A stretch of DNA of 64,000 nucleotides from the human T2T-CHM13v2.0 reference genome, Homo sapiens, in the NCBI RefSeq assembly GCF_009914755.1, contig NC_060929.1. One strand, 5' to 3'. The notes below the pieces were generated by a model. It worked only from the letters and a program-made list of their open reading frames with translations. It did not search any database and was not told where the DNA came from. Position numbers and translations under genes: made by a program. This document shows positions 18,255 through 33,664 of the stretch, piece after piece (within the stretch, counting starts at the first letter, position 1; each line of letters begins with the position of its first letter).

Positions 18255-19500
18255 TTCAACAAATATTTAAATGCCTGATGTAGTCTTGGACCTAGGCTAA
18301 GTGCTGAGATCACAAAAGTGAATAAAGCATAATCCCTACCTTTGCATACCTCAAAGAATGAACTATAGAAATACAGGTTCCCAAATTAAAATACTTCAAA
18401 CCTACAGAGACTAAAGTAATTTCCAGGATAATAATATTTGAGCCACATCCTGACAAGCATTCTGGTTGTACGATATGATCCAGTGAAAAATGCTTGATTC
18501 GGAAGACAGTCCAAGCAAAGGTGATATGTTCAAAGCCATGACAGCATGAGGAAGCATGGCTCATTTGGAAAACAGAATAGTAGCTCAGGATGGCTAAAAA
18601 CGAAATAGCAAATGGAAGAAGGAGGCAGAAGGTGGAAGTGTGGACTAGGTCCAGAACATTGTGGCATGGTATGTCATTCTATGAAGCCTGGTTCTATGTT
18701 GCTATGGGAGTCATTGAGAACTTAGAAATAGGGTGGTGATGTGTTAAGATTCCAGTGCTGGAGCAGAATTTAGGCTGATTTAAAGGGGCAAAACTGGATG
18801 CAAAGGTTCTAATGTAAAAAATATTGAAATGGACAAGGGAAAAATGTACCCATGGTCTTAAATATGAGAGTGATTATAAGAATGAAGCAGAAAATATGGC
18901 TTCCAGAGATATTTATTCATGTCATGAATAAAATATGTAATATAGAATAAGGTATATTCTTGAGTGAAGATACATTTAGGTTGGAGCATGCCAAGTTTGA
19001 AATTTCCTGGGAAATAGTGAATCAAAGAGTTTTTAATTGAGTATAAAATTCTGGGTTAAAAATATTCAATTGAGATCTATTAGCAAATAGATGATAGTTG
19101 ATCCCATAAAAATAGATGTTAACTCTCAGAGAAATTGACAGCCAGAAATGAAGACTAAGAGAGTCGGTCTGTGGAACAACAACAAAAAAGGAAAAGAGAC
19201 AGTTAAAGTGAATGATGAATGGTCTTAAGGGTGATGGTGGGGAACCATGTATAAAAAGATTAGGTATGATTTAGGAAATGTAAGAACCAAAAACGGAAAT
19301 GAAATTGGCAATATAAAGACCATTGCAGCATGAGGAGAAAATCAGTTCAGCAGAGCAGTGGAAGCAGAAAGAATATTTCCACAGGTTGAGAAATGAAAGG
19401 AAGTCACTTGGCTGTATAGAAAGGCACATTCTAGAAGGAACATGAACAGTAACCAACATGAGATGTGTTTTGTTTAGATCTCTTGTCAGGGAATAGATTT
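18255..19500 (-). mobile_element. L2 LINE fragment
   Basis: TTCAACAAATATTTA...CTAAGTGCTGAGAT is the reverse complement of the L2 3' end; purine-rich decayed body; distal end approximate. Confidence 0.55.
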
Positions 19501-20347
19501 TCAAAGATAGGATTTTAAACAGGTTTACTCAAGGTCAAATTGAGTCATCAGAAAGGAAAAGGACATAGTTTCTGGAAAGGTTATATAATTAAAGGTTTAA
19601 ATATCAATGTTACAAGAGTAGGTCCAAAGCAATTTTTCCAGGCACCCATTGATCCTAAACTGCCTTTATTTTATTTACTTTACCATAGAGAAACTTCTTA
19701 AATTCAGAATGTCTCCTCTGGCCCTACTGGCTTTTGTGGTCTTAATGCTTACTCTGATTCACCTCAGAGTTTTGACCTCTTTCCCGTAATTTCCTTCCTA
19801 GCCTCTCCTCTGTCATGTCATCATGTCCAATTTTGTGAGCTCTTTGACTCAGAAACTCTCTGAAGCTTTAAGTGGCCTCCTCGGCTGAGCACACCTGGGT
19901 CAGTAATGAACCATTTGCAAAGGTAAGAATTTGGATGCTGATGCAATGTAAGAATGATATTCAGAACATGGATGAAGGCATTCGCTATTGGCAGTAAAGG
20001 AGAGGTGTTTTTATCTTATTTTTTATGTCTGTTAGCTGTAAGACCGGGACATGACAATGAATGTGGGTAAATTGAGAGACAGTAAGTTTTCACTTGATGG
20101 TTCAATTTCTGAGATTGAGAAACACTGCTGTTTTGCTTTTAGCAAAAAGTAATTGGATTTGAGGATAGAGAGCTGCTGAAGTAGAGAAATAAAGGAGAGA
20201 AATGCCTTTGGTCAAAGATAAAGAGAATGATAGCTGAGTGTCCAGAATGCCCTACTAAAGTTGTGGTGAAATTATCTTCACTTTCACTTGTCATTATTTT
20301 TGAAGGGCTCTGTGTGTTGTGGTTGGAGATGCTGAGGAGGAGGCCAA

Positions 20348-21188
<841 letters not shown>

Positions 21189-23274
21189 CTAGTGGAATGG
21201 ATAAGAGACAATAGTACAGGAAAGAAAATGTCATGAGGAAGGTATAAATGTGTTAATAAGGAAGAGATAAGTGCTGAATAAAAAAAGAAAAGAAAAGAAG
21301 ATTGTGTTGAAAGATGAGAAAAATTGTCCAACATGGAAAAGTAGATGTATAACTAAAACTCAAGATGATTGCACTTTATTTGGGGTATTTAGAATTTAAT
21401 GTTTCATGAGGAAAATTATTGTATCTTATTCAAGAACAAATAAGTAGAGATTAATGCATGAATTAAAATTACACATGCATCACCAACCAATTTTAGAAAG
21501 GAGCTTGAGATATTTATACACATGAATAAAAATGGTAAAACAGTATTACTTTTTGGCATAACCGATGCTTTTGAAAGTTAATTTAGATAATTCACTTCTT
21601 TTGATGAGTTTTCTATTATACAAATAGTGTATTATAAAATATGAAGCTCAACATGTAAAAACCACAGGAAACATTAAAACCTGAAACGAGTGTAAACAGG
21701 ATAGAGGTGTAAATAGGATAGAAGTGTACTGTTGGTTGATTTATAGTATTTGGGGCAGGTTTAATTTCACTGATGTACGTAGGCATTTTTTAATTTTTTC
21801 TGTTTACTTTCTCTTAAGTGGAAACTAATAGGACCCCAATAAATATTTTAATGAATATGTACTGCTTGTTAAATAATAGAATGGATGATTTATATACACT
21901 GTTGGTCATAGTAAACAGAAGTTGCACTGAGGCCTAATATTTACCACCTTTAATCTTTTCCATATGTGAGTTTTTAGTACGGTTAAGGGAACACTTACGA
22001 AAGCATTTCAATGCCCACTTCTTCATCCTCTTATCTACCCAAAGTAGTTACTTTGTTTAATAAGTAAGCAGTGTTACAACCAACAGCCCATAAAAGGTCA
22101 TTATCAAATATTTTTTCCATTTTCCTTGCACATGATTAAGCCTCAAATGTGAATTAATGGATCCTGTTAGCCCGTAACAGGAAAGCAATAATGTCTATCA
22201 ACCAAGCACTGTGTGCCACAAATATATGCTGTTTGTTAATGCGATTGGTGGGTTTTCATTTGATTTCCCCTCAAAGGAGAGCTGGTAAGATGGGAGGCTA
22301 AGGGAATGTTTCCTCATCTTATAGTTAGATGTAATGGTAAACATTGATTTTGATTTCTTTGTGAGGACATATCGCAGTAATGAGGAAAGCAGATTACAAA
22401 ATTTATACCATACTATATTGTTTCATTTAAAGTGATAACAATATTCAAACTGTTTGTCTTGACTTAATCTTTTTGTCCCATTTGTATTTCCCAAGGTTCC
22501 TAATCTTACCTTGTCTTAAGGTTTTCTACAGTACATACTTTCTGTAAGCTGTACCACATCCTTCTGTGTAGCATGGTTTACAAAATTAAAAAATAAGTAA
22601 TTTGAAGTGTTTTTGCTTGTGTGTTTACTTCAGCTACATTAACTATTTTCCTACATATATATATACACACATACATATACTTACATATATATTTTCATTG
22701 TTCAAAAATTCTGATAGTAAATATTGACTCAGTATAGTCACTTAAAGGCTTTGATTTCAGGTTAGATGTGGTACATGATTAATGTGTGAGCTATTCAGAG
22801 TGAACTTTGAAATCTGTGTGGGTAATTTTACTTAATAAAAAATTAATCAGACAAGTATAATTTAGAAAATAAAAGTATAATAATTTAAATGTCACAATTA
22901 AAGTTTCCACAGGGCTAGTTTTCTCCACTGTTTTAAGATAAAAAATGGCACAGATATACACTGAAATGTACTTTGAACATTGTATGTAATTATCTTAGAA
23001 CATCAGGAATAGCATCAATAAAAACCAAGAAGTTTTGTGATTTTATATTGTTTTGCATCTAATTGTATATAACAGTCTAATACCATAGACCTTCACATCT
23101 CTGGGAGCCAGCTATAATACTGCCTTAGATAATCATGGCAGGAATCAACCGGACAAATTTTGATAGGAAGAAAGGCAGTAGACCCTTAGCAGACAATGAG
23201 ACAATGGAGATTGAAAAGAAAATGATTATCAAACACTTTTCCAGATGGTTATCAATTGCACAGGAATTCTAAGA

Positions 23275-24002
<728 letters not shown>

Positions 24003-24058
24003 GACAAATTTTCATAATGGATTATTATAATGCCACAAATTCACATACTTCCACTAAG

Positions 24059-24389
24059 GTTTTTTTTTGTTTGTTTGTTTTTGTTTTTTGTTTTTTTTTT
24101 GAGAGGGAGTCTCACTCTGTTGCCCAGGCTGGAGTGCAGTGGCGCCATCTCGACTCACTGCAAGCTCCACCTCCGGGGTTCAGGCCATTCTCCTGCCCTC
24201 CTGCCTCAGCCTCCTGAGTAGCTGGGACTACAGGCGCCCGCCACCACGCCTGGATAATTTTTTGTATTTTTAGTAGAGACGGGGTTTCACCGTGTTAGCC
24301 AGGGTGGTCTCGATCTCCTGACCTCGTGATCTGCCCGCTTCAGCCTCCCAAAGTGCTGGGATTACAGGCGTGAGCCACCGCCCCCGGCC
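24059..24389 (-). mobile_element. AluY
   Basis: GCAAGCTCC, CCATTCTCCTGCC, GTGTTAGCCAGG, CGATCTCCTGACCTCGTGATC; TSD CACTAAG; small internal duplication of CTCCTGCC. Confidence 0.93.
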
Positions 24390-26459
24390 CACTAAGTTTT
24401 TATAGTATTATATGTTACTAAAACACCTCAAAAAAGCAATCAATTTCTTTTACCTTAAATGTACAGTTATAATCTAGTAAACTATGCTATAAGTAAACTA
24501 CAGTTTATAATATATGTAATATATCATTTTTACTTAATTATATTGTAAAATATTAAATGTAATTAAAATTTTATACACATTTTAAATATTTTGAACCTGA
24601 TATATAATTCTAGAAACCATTGTGAGTCTTTCCTGGTTTGAAAAAATAATATTACTATGCTATTTCGATATTCACTATTTTGCTTAAAGTGAAATAAATG
24701 AATAAAGAAATTCTTCAGATTATTAGTGTAAGCATATAAGTCTATGTTACTCAATACAGATTCTGTTACATAAATAAGTACTTAATTATTATTAACTGTA
24801 AATTTATTTTATATTTATTCTGAGATAGATATACTTCCATTTATATCTACTTTATTATGTTTTATCTATCTCCGATCTAACTAGAAATAATTTAATGTGT
24901 TCTTTTCCAGAAAATACTTAACATATATTTAAATACATAATATAAAACAGGCCAAGGTAAAAATGGAATTATAATATTTTACTAAATTAAAAATGTTAGT
25001 ATATAAAAATCATGAAAATGATCCTATAGGTTTTTCCCCTTTCTTTCTACTTTTCATACATGATTTTAAGCATTCTTCTGAATTGCTGCATATAGTCATA
25101 GCAGCCTCCCTCTGAACGAACTAGCCTTCCTCACTTAAGAAAAGGAAATTGACACATTGAGGCCAAGTCACTATCTAATGTCTTGCTGCAAGCAAGTGGG
25201 AAAAGTTGCTTTTGAATTCAGCAAGTCTGACACCAAAGCATAAACTCAACCGATACATATTATTTCAACCATTTTCTTACAGAAGGATCATGGCTTTGGC
25301 TTTAATTTTCATTGTAGCCTATGCAACGAAAGAAACAAAATCAATTTAATGAGTCACAATGTCCAAAATATGAAAAAAGGCAAGTTGTGGAGCAGAATCA
25401 CCAAGGCCATAAAAAGCTTTATCTCTTGAGTCCCCATAAACTGGATGCTGCTAAATATACAATTTGTCGACAGTACTTTTATGGTGAAATAACTAGTGCC
25501 AAATGTCACTTTTTCTTATAACATCTTTCACTATAAGCAACGGCAAAGCACATTTCTAAGAAAAAAAATTGTTAGGGCTTTAAGTTAGGGGGATAGTGTG
25601 ATCCAAATGAACCCCACTCTGATGCTCTTGCTGAGGTTGTACTTCATATTACAGAATGAAGTATAAAATAAGAGAGTTCTCTTCTGCCTGTCCTCCAGAA
25701 GTAGTTTCCTCTCAGTCAAATATTTGAAAATAACTGTGTGGTAATAGGTTGAACATTATGCTACTTGACAATACCTGTAATACTTTTATTCTGATAAGTA
25801 ACCGGAAGGCATCTGTCTTGCCGACTTATTATACCCCCCATTATTCTATTTTCACTTGAACTAACTAGCCGTAAGACTTTTTTCCACCTTAGAAAAATAG
25901 AAAAAAGGGAACTTGCCTGTCTAAAAAACCAACTTACCTCTCCATTGAAGTGTTTGCGTGGGCAGAACCAAGACCTTTCTTTAACTTTTTGCATAGGGAA
26001 AAAAAAGCAAACTATCTATCTCTTTTGTAAAATTTCCCAGTAAATTGCATATAAAAAGCAAAAATTATAGAAAATTAAAACTCAAAAAATTATAATTTTG
26101 TTTTTATCATGCCCTGATCAATAAGTAAATGAATTATATTAACTTAGGTAACTTACGGTGCAACAGAGAGTGATGGAAGAAACCCCAACTTAATTTTTAG
26201 TGACTGCTACTAAAATCGAGACCGGTAAAGGAATTTCAAAAATTTAAGTTTTACAAGAGTTGATTGATAATCCTTCCTTTGGGGAAGTTGTCTATTCACT
26301 GAGCAAGTTATCTTATTCCTCATAATTAACTCATTGAGAATAATATAAAGATATTGCATCTCAAATTTAAAAGACAAAATGGAGACTACATAGATACGAC
26401 TTTGGCTCTCAAAATAGGGTTAATATCCTTGGAATTCAAAAATGTGAATAACCAGGTTT

Positions 26460-27190
26460 AATTCACTCAATATGTATTTATTGAGTTTATATTACACTAT
26501 ACCAGGTACTGTTCCAAAGATAAAGCAGTAATTAAAACAGAGAAACATATGTCCTAAACTCTGGCAAGAAACAAAAAAATAAAATCTAATAACCATTAAA
26601 TTATGAGGTAAGATACATTGATACATACATGAAGGGAATTGAAAATGTCTGAGAAGGTGAAACGTTAGTTATGCTGGAGACTGAAGAACTGAAGAAAAAA
26701 AACATTTGGATAAGAAGAAAGCATTTTTAGAAAGAGAACAATGCGCACAAAGACACCTAGACAGAGACATCTTAATGTTTCACAAGAATGAGGAGTAGAG
26801 TAAGATGGGGAGATATAGGAGATAAAATAAAAAACATAGGCATGACGGTTGGAAAAACGCAATGTAAAGAATTATGAATCATAGAACAGATTTTAAGTTT
26901 TTCTCTGAGATGGGAAACCTCAACTAATTTTGAAGAGGGTGTAACTTGGTCTGAGGCTAGTTTAAATGAGTCACAATAACCTCTCTGTTGATAAGATTTG
27001 AGGGGAACATGGAGGTCTATTAGGAGGTGAGCACAGATGAAAGTGAGACATAAAGTGGCTTAACTGGTTGGAAAGCTGAGCATAAAAACATGGTTGAATT
27101 CTGCACAAAATGGATGTGGTTTGTCATCAAAATAGAAATGTCAGTAATTATTGCAAGCCATTTTGATCCAAGTAACTAGAAGAGAGGAGT
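26460..27190 (-). mobile_element. L2 LINE fragment
   Basis: ATTCACTCAATATGTATTTATTGAG...CCAGGTACTGTTC is the L2 3' end in reverse complement. Confidence 0.6.
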
Positions 27191-27230
27191 AGATTTCCTA
27201 AACTTAAAAGCCCCAAATCATCAACATTAG

Positions 27231-27232
<2 letters not shown>

Positions 27233-27279
<47 letters not shown>
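27233..27279. repeat. (CA)n microsatellite
   Basis: Perfect AC run. Confidence 0.98.
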
Positions 27280-27285
<6 letters not shown>

Positions 27286-27327
27286 GTCATTCCAGCAGGT
27301 TTCTTCACAAGAAGGCATAGAACAGAT

Positions 27328-27605
27328 GTCTGTAATTCCAGCACTTTGGGAGCCCGATGCAGGCAGATCACAAGGTCAGAAGTTCGAGACCGGCCTGGCC
27401 AATATGGTGAAACCCCGTCTCTACTAAAAATACAAAAATTAGCCGGGCGTGGTGGTGCATGCCTGTAGTCCCAGCTACTCTGGAGGCTGAGGCAGAAGAA
27501 TTGCTGAACCCGGGAGTCAGAGGTTGCAGTGAGCCAAGATCGCACCACTGTACTCCAGCCTGGGTGACAGAGCAAGGCTCTGTCTCAAAAAAAAAAAAAA
27601 AAAAA
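27328..27605 (+). mobile_element. Alu (AluSg-like), first ~20 nt missing
   Basis: Begins at CTGTAATTCCAGCAC; GATCACAAGGTCAGAAGTTCGAG; poly(A) tail. Confidence 0.9.
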
Positions 27606-28122
27606 GAATATTCAGAAGTGGAATACTTGTGCTTATGGCTCAATATTTCTCATTATAAAATAATAACCCAAGAACCTTAGTTTTGCAAATAGTCAAGAAG
27701 GAAGCTGGGACATATTTTAGATCAAATATATTGCAGGTTAAGGTATCTTTATGTAGGGAAAGTAAATAGAAATGTGTTGTTCTATAAATAGGATTTAGCA
27801 AGACAGGACCATTCCACATGAATTGATAAAATCAAATAACTGTCGAGGATTGCAGTTCATTTTTCAAAATGGTGAAGAAATATTTTTTTAAAATATATTT
27901 GCAGTGTGACACTTAAAAAAAAATCAAGTCTGCGACACAATGCTGAAAAATATCCTGTAATCTTTCCTCTTAGTGGAGCAAAATCTTAGTTTAAAGAGGA
28001 AGGAAGTTTGAGAGCTCCTTAGTGGTCAGTAGAGATCTGATTCTCCCCAATTTTGCTCAAACTGAATATATAACAGGACAACGCAACAGGATCTGAGCCA
28101 AACATTTCCACATAGATTAAGT

Positions 28123-28126
28123 TGTG

Positions 28127-28167
<41 letters not shown>
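28123..28167. repeat. (TG)n microsatellite
   Basis: TG run with one CG interruption. Confidence 0.98.
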
Positions 28168-28169
<2 letters not shown>

Positions 28170-29007
28170 TTTCCTGTGGAAAATAATGCATTTGAACATT
28201 AGTCATTCTCTCGTTTTTCCTGCTGTCTGTCTCCACATTAACAAGACCAGGATGTACTTTTTTTTCTAGCCAGGATCTCATGTCCCACTAGGTTTGGGGA
28301 AGACAATTTTAACATACTTTTTAGGGCACGTTGTGGTTAGAATTGCTTTCAAGATACTACTGTTCATAAAAGGTGAGAGAAAGAACATTTTCATGTAGCC
28401 CCCGGGTGTTGAGATTCCCCATATCCTTAAGAATAAATCGGTCAATCATCAAGAGAATATGAAATCTCCTCAGGCTGTCTTCATTTTCACAACAGGCTCA
28501 CCTCCCTGATCTAATAAATAGAACATTGACTCTATGGGAGGGCTATGCTTTTGAACTGCTCCTTGCTAAATTGATATTACTTCCTAACACCCAATAGTCC
28601 TAGGTATATGTCATGTGCAAACTTTCTATAAGAATCATTTTCACTAAAATAGTTTGAACAAGTCAACTTATTTTAAAACATAGCATTTTCCCTATCTCAC
28701 CTGTATAGCCACAGAAAGAATTAACTGTCCTGTGGAATATGTAAAAAATAAAAGATAAAGTCTCCAAGATTAACCTGAGCACATATCATTCACTTTAAAA
28801 AAAATTGGAGGGGATGAACTAGAAGAATTTCTTTGGAGCCTGAACAAAAGAGGGGTGAACGGGTTATTAAAGATAGGCTGATGTTATTCTAATATCTTTA
28901 TGGGAGACTTTCTATTCTATTGTGTCTTTTTTTCAATGAGCATCTTTTGGGAAGCATACACTTGCTTCCTTACAAGGTCAGAGCAGAGTAATTGTATAGA
29001 CAGTGTT

Positions 29008-32000
29008 TTTTTGTTTTTTTGTTTGTTTGTTTGTTTGTTTTACTTTTCATTTATTCACATTTCACAGATTGTTACACTTCCTTGATGGGAGCATTCAAAA
29101 ACTAATACAAGCTGAGATTATATTGTCTGACAATTCAAGTATTTTAGTTTTAGAAAACAATTTCCTATTTAAAGTAAAAAGCAAACCATTTATCCATCTG
29201 ATTGCTAAGAAGTTTTACATCTCCATTACAATTGTGTCTGCATCAAAGGGAGAGTCCTTCATCCTCAGTATGATTGTTACTGGTTGAGAACATACAGTGG
29301 CCTGCGTTCTGAGTGCCTGATTGGAAAAGACCTCCCCATCATCTACCATACTACGGGACAAATCAGTATCTACTCAAATTCCCACTTCCAGAATGAGAGG
29401 ACTCATCAGGGGTTTAGGAGTTTGCAAAGCCTTCAAAATGTATTGTGCTTGAATTTTGACTCTTCTGAAATAGAACAACTGACAAATGCTCAAAAAACAA
29501 ACTTGTTTAACTTTTACTGAAAAGGCTCTCAGTGAAAACTTGTTTTGAACTCTACTAGTAATGTAGAATATTAGTTTTTCTTCCCCTCCACACCAGAAAA
29601 GGTAGTTTGCTCTTTCTTTTTTCTTTTTTTTTTTTTTTTTTTTTTGGCATGCAGCACATATAAAATGTGATCTAGAATTGAAATTGTAAAATAGAATAAT
29701 CCTTTTAAAGAAAATCAGCCCATGAACAGTCAGACTTGTCCTTCCATGGAAAACATAATCTCAACTACTTTAAAAACTGGCCATATCTTCAGTCTGTAAT
29801 TTGAATAATGAAGATGGCATAACAAATTTTTTTGCTTACTAGGAATCCACAAAAGGATGAGATGGATACACAGGTTTTAAGAAAAAAAAGGCCACTGGGA
29901 TACTTAGTATTTGTCCAGATGCAAAACAATTTCAGAATAACAAAATATACACCTTGCTTTAGGCCAAGTATATGATACACTTCATAGATTCTCAAACAAA
30001 AGATGAAAATTTCAGTCCACATTAAACATTTTAAAACATAATTCCAGCTGGTACCAGGGAAGCACGTGTGGCTAAGTTGCGACAAACTTAAATTTGTTCC
30101 CCTTAGTTCTTCATCTTTTTAAAAGTTGAATAAACTTAACGTCAATCGGGCAGGGCCGGTATTAACAGCATCAGCCACTTGCTTACTATGAATCATCTGC
30201 AACAAAACCCCACGTGCATTCTCAATTCTAAAAAGTCAGTGTAAAAATCATGGCCACTTCCTCCCTAGGTGCCTACTATCGCTATGTCTGACAGCATCCT
30301 GTAACAGTACAAGCTCACCTCTCTCTGCGCGGATTCATCCAAAGCCACACACTAGGCCAAATTCTCCCAGTGGAATCAAAACACTGAAAGTCGAGCAAGA
30401 ACCTCATGACAACATTGGCCCAATCACACCTCAGGTACTTAGGAGTTCATCATATTTGATCATAAAATTGCTCCCGGCCCCAAACCTTACACCTAAAGAC
30501 TGTAGTTTTTAAAAAGCCACTGTACCGTCCGCAATTATTCAGACTACTCTTTTCTAAATGAGAATGCGCTACGCACTGAAGATCAGAACACACACACGTG
30601 AGCCCTTGGGCACTGACCCTGAGCCTGTACACAAGATCAGCTGCTACTAGTCTCAAATGATTCATGAGGAATCAAAGTGGAAATTTAAACATTCAATTCT
30701 GTATCTCATTCATGTGCCCAGAGACTTCAAAGAATGCTCGTGTTAGTTACCTGACAGCTCTGGAGAAGTGACATGGATATTCGTGTGCATAACCCTGGCT
30801 CCCTTCCAAACAGACATATGGAATCTTACTCTTAAAAAAGTAAAAATATTTCAGATATCAAGTGTATATTATACTGCTGTCTAAAGTTAAAGGCAAAATT
30901 TACACACGATTTTCTCTTTCATTACCTTATTACATGTTTCCTAGTGAATTCACACGGCTCGTGTGTCAAAGCTCCCAGGCACGTCAATTGGTCATAGTTT
31001 TCATATGCGTGGGGTTGATCAGGGTACAAATGTCTATGAGCATCTTCTTTTTCTAGGATGGTCTCATTTGACTTTCATTTCGTAAGGGTTCACTCTCCAT
31101 GGTGTATATGATAAGCTACCAAATTTGTGCTTTTAAACCCATTCCTGGCAATCCCCCTATATCTTCATTTTGTCTTTGGGGGATAAAGAAGTAACACTAC
31201 CTCATGAATAGACACTACAAAGCCAAAAAACTCCTTCACAAGCTGTTCGTTTCTTTTTAGAATGAAAATGCATGTCCTGAATTCTCGTGAAGCAGCCCAC
31301 AGGGTTACAGGCCAATGATTCGAACGCTGAGGTGAACACTTAGTACTCACATTTTAGCTTCAAAATAAAAATAAAGCAGAGGACAAATGCCTGTCACAGC
31401 GTCGCAGCCCGGTTCATTTGGTAACAACAAGTCTCACACGTCGGCTGAGCCCACCGGAGAGAAGCATACAGGCCAGCTTCCTTCTGAACACAGCCAGGCA
31501 CCTGTTCAAAAGCCTCTCTGGTGATGGCGGTGGACCCCAAAACCCACGGGTTGTAAGAGCCTTTGGGAAAGCGAATTGATACCATGATTGCAGTGCTTGA
31601 AGAAATCACTTAGGGTTAGTTTAATAAACAAACGAACATTAAAAAATCTTCCAAAAATTGCATTCAAATGTATTTTACACTTTAGGCAGTTCTTAAGAAG
31701 GGAGAGTGCGGTTTCTTGACACTTAACATTTAAAGGTTTTATTGGCCACATTAATCTTCCTCTCAAAAGTTTTAAGTTATCTGTAAGTTCTTAGAATGTC
31801 AAAGAAGAGAAGAAAAACTAAGTCGAAGGGATGGTGGAAGAAGCAGCAACTTGGCAATAATTCCGCAGCCGACTTCGCGTGTTCAGGCATCCTTTTTCTC
31901 CAGTAAAATTTTGTGCAACTCGTCTGCATCCTCGCTGGTGTTTACCCGAATCAACATGGTGACTGGCATGGTGGCATTCTTCTCGTCAATTGGTGGATTT

Positions 32001-33664
32001 GGAACACAGACAATAAAAACGTTATTTTTCCCTGTTGGCGTACGTGGCATATTGGGTGGAATCAGAGCATTCAGCAATATGTTGCCTAAATTGGTGTCTG
32101 CCCGCACCAAAAGCTGTGTCTTCTGATTTGCTGTAGGTTTTAAATGCAGAGTACCTATGACTTTCTCTTTAAATTCATTATCTTTCTTGTAAAATAGTTT
32201 ACACTTTTTGGAGTAAAAAGCATCTTCTTCTTTTACTTCAGTAACTACTACTTTGGGTAGCTCATGATTCTCTTCTTCATCTCCACCTTTGCATTCACCA
32301 CTGTCACCTTCCGCTTGGCCCTCCAATGGTTTAGTGCGAAATGGTGAAGAGACTGGTTTACTCTGGTAATATCTTTGCCAAATAAACTGGAGTTTCCAGG
32401 GGAGAATGAAAATCCAGTCAGGGGGACAGAGCTTAATGAGCCCAAAACAGAGCTATCAACTTTCTTGCCGAAATTAAATGAGGCACTTGTCGCTCCTAGT
32501 GATGATGGGTCCGTTTTCTTTTCAGATGTCAGCTCCACCTTCTTGTCAGGTGTATCTTCAGTTTTGTTGCCATGAAACAAAAACGCTGACTCTTGCTGTA
32601 ATTTTGTTGAGCCAACAAGGGAAGGAGACCGTGTTTCAGCCGCAGCTTTGTTAGATTCACTTTCAGAATTCCTGCCACTGTTGCCGTGTTGCTGTTCAAT
32701 GTTTGCTAAATATTTCTCATAGTCTTTAAAGATAGGTGTCAGATCACAGAGGGGGTTTGTATTCACGTGCTTCACTATCCAATCCCGCACGGAGCAGTTC
32801 AAGGCGGCCAACTGCTTGTGATAGGCATTTCTGACACAAGCTTTACTGGAAGCAAGGCCAGAGGAGGAGGGCTGCTGACTGTCCCCATTAGTTTTGGGAT
32901 TTGAAACTTTTTTATCAACCAAGGCGGTAGGGCCATTTGCAGCAAGAGAACCAAAGGCTACCTTGGGCTCTGCCACTGCCTTTGCACTGGTGAAGGGAGG
33001 GGCGCTGGTTATGTTGTTTCCATTCGACAGTCCTTCCAAAGGCTTCCCTCCAGCACCACTACCAAATCCAGGAAACCGTCCTCCTCCAGAAGGTACCACT
33101 AAACCTTTAAAACTTTTAAAGCCTCCTCTACTGTCAGATTCGAATCCAACATTTCTGCGCTTTGCTTTCTTTATGGCTCTATTCTTCAAGACTTCCTCAC
33201 TGGCCACAGAGAATGTTCCCACCTCTTCAGCTTCATCTTCTTGATCCCAATTCCTATCTGTCAGTTCCTTCTCGGCTTTTGGCCATGTTTTCGAACCTCC
33301 TCAGCGGCCGCCGCTGCACTCGCTGGGTCTTGGGTGCCGCGAAACCCGGGGCGCAGCGGCGCAGGGGTCTCGAGCGGCTGGTGGTCGCGGGGCTGAGGGC
33401 GCTCGGCCGCTTCCGGTCCTGCGCTGCGGGCCTCAGAGGACTTGGTGCTCGGCAAACCCAGAGACTCAAACGCCATGTCCGGGGGGTGGGGGGAGCGGCG
33501 GTGGGGGAGATCCTCACGCTGTGTTCGGCAGCGAGGCGGCGAGACGCGCCGGTTCAGCCGGAGACCGCTGTGGGAACCGCGCCGAACACGCTTTGGGCGG
33601 CCATTTTGTAACTCGAATCTACCCCCAAAACCAATTCGAAAAAAAGGGAGGAAAGAAACGCCCC
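29008..33664 (-). pseudogene. NUP50: Full-length processed pseudogene of nucleoporin NUP50 (5' UTR, CDS, ~2.8 kb 3' UTR, poly(A))
   Basis: Intronless; peptides KNRAIKKAKRR, YHKQLAALNCSVRDWIVKHV and C-terminal Ran-binding domain ending HKILLEKKDA match NUP50; AATAAA on minus strand at 29050-29055; degenerate A-tail 29008-29041; TSD GACAGTGTT at 28999-29007 and 33665-33673. Confidence 0.96.
31883..33286 (-). pseudogene. NUP50: Disabled NUP50 coding remnant (two frameshifts)
   Basis: ATG at 33286 (MAK) leaves the NUP50 frame after codon 3-4 (about 5 nt missing) and stops after 10 codons; 1-nt deletion near 32365 (KDIT then frameshift); ORFs 32248-33222 and 31883-32326 are the two halves. Confidence 0.93.

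Noticed and set aside
21690-21728. 17-bp tandem duplication GTGTAAA(C/T)AGGATAGA(G/A)
   Set aside because: Ordinary slippage duplication with no further structure
29003-29287. 94-aa plus-strand ORF
   Set aside because: Antisense to the retrocopied 3' UTR, begins at GTG within the tail repeat
29617-29645. Poly(T) as the pseudogene's poly(A) tail
   Set aside because: No polyadenylation signal or TSD; both are found at ~29000-29055
32248-33222. 324-aa NUP50-like ORF as a functional retrogene
   Set aside because: It starts at GTG, has no ATG in the NUP50-homologous part, has an in-frame TGA just upstream (33301-33303) and frameshifts before the Ran-binding domain
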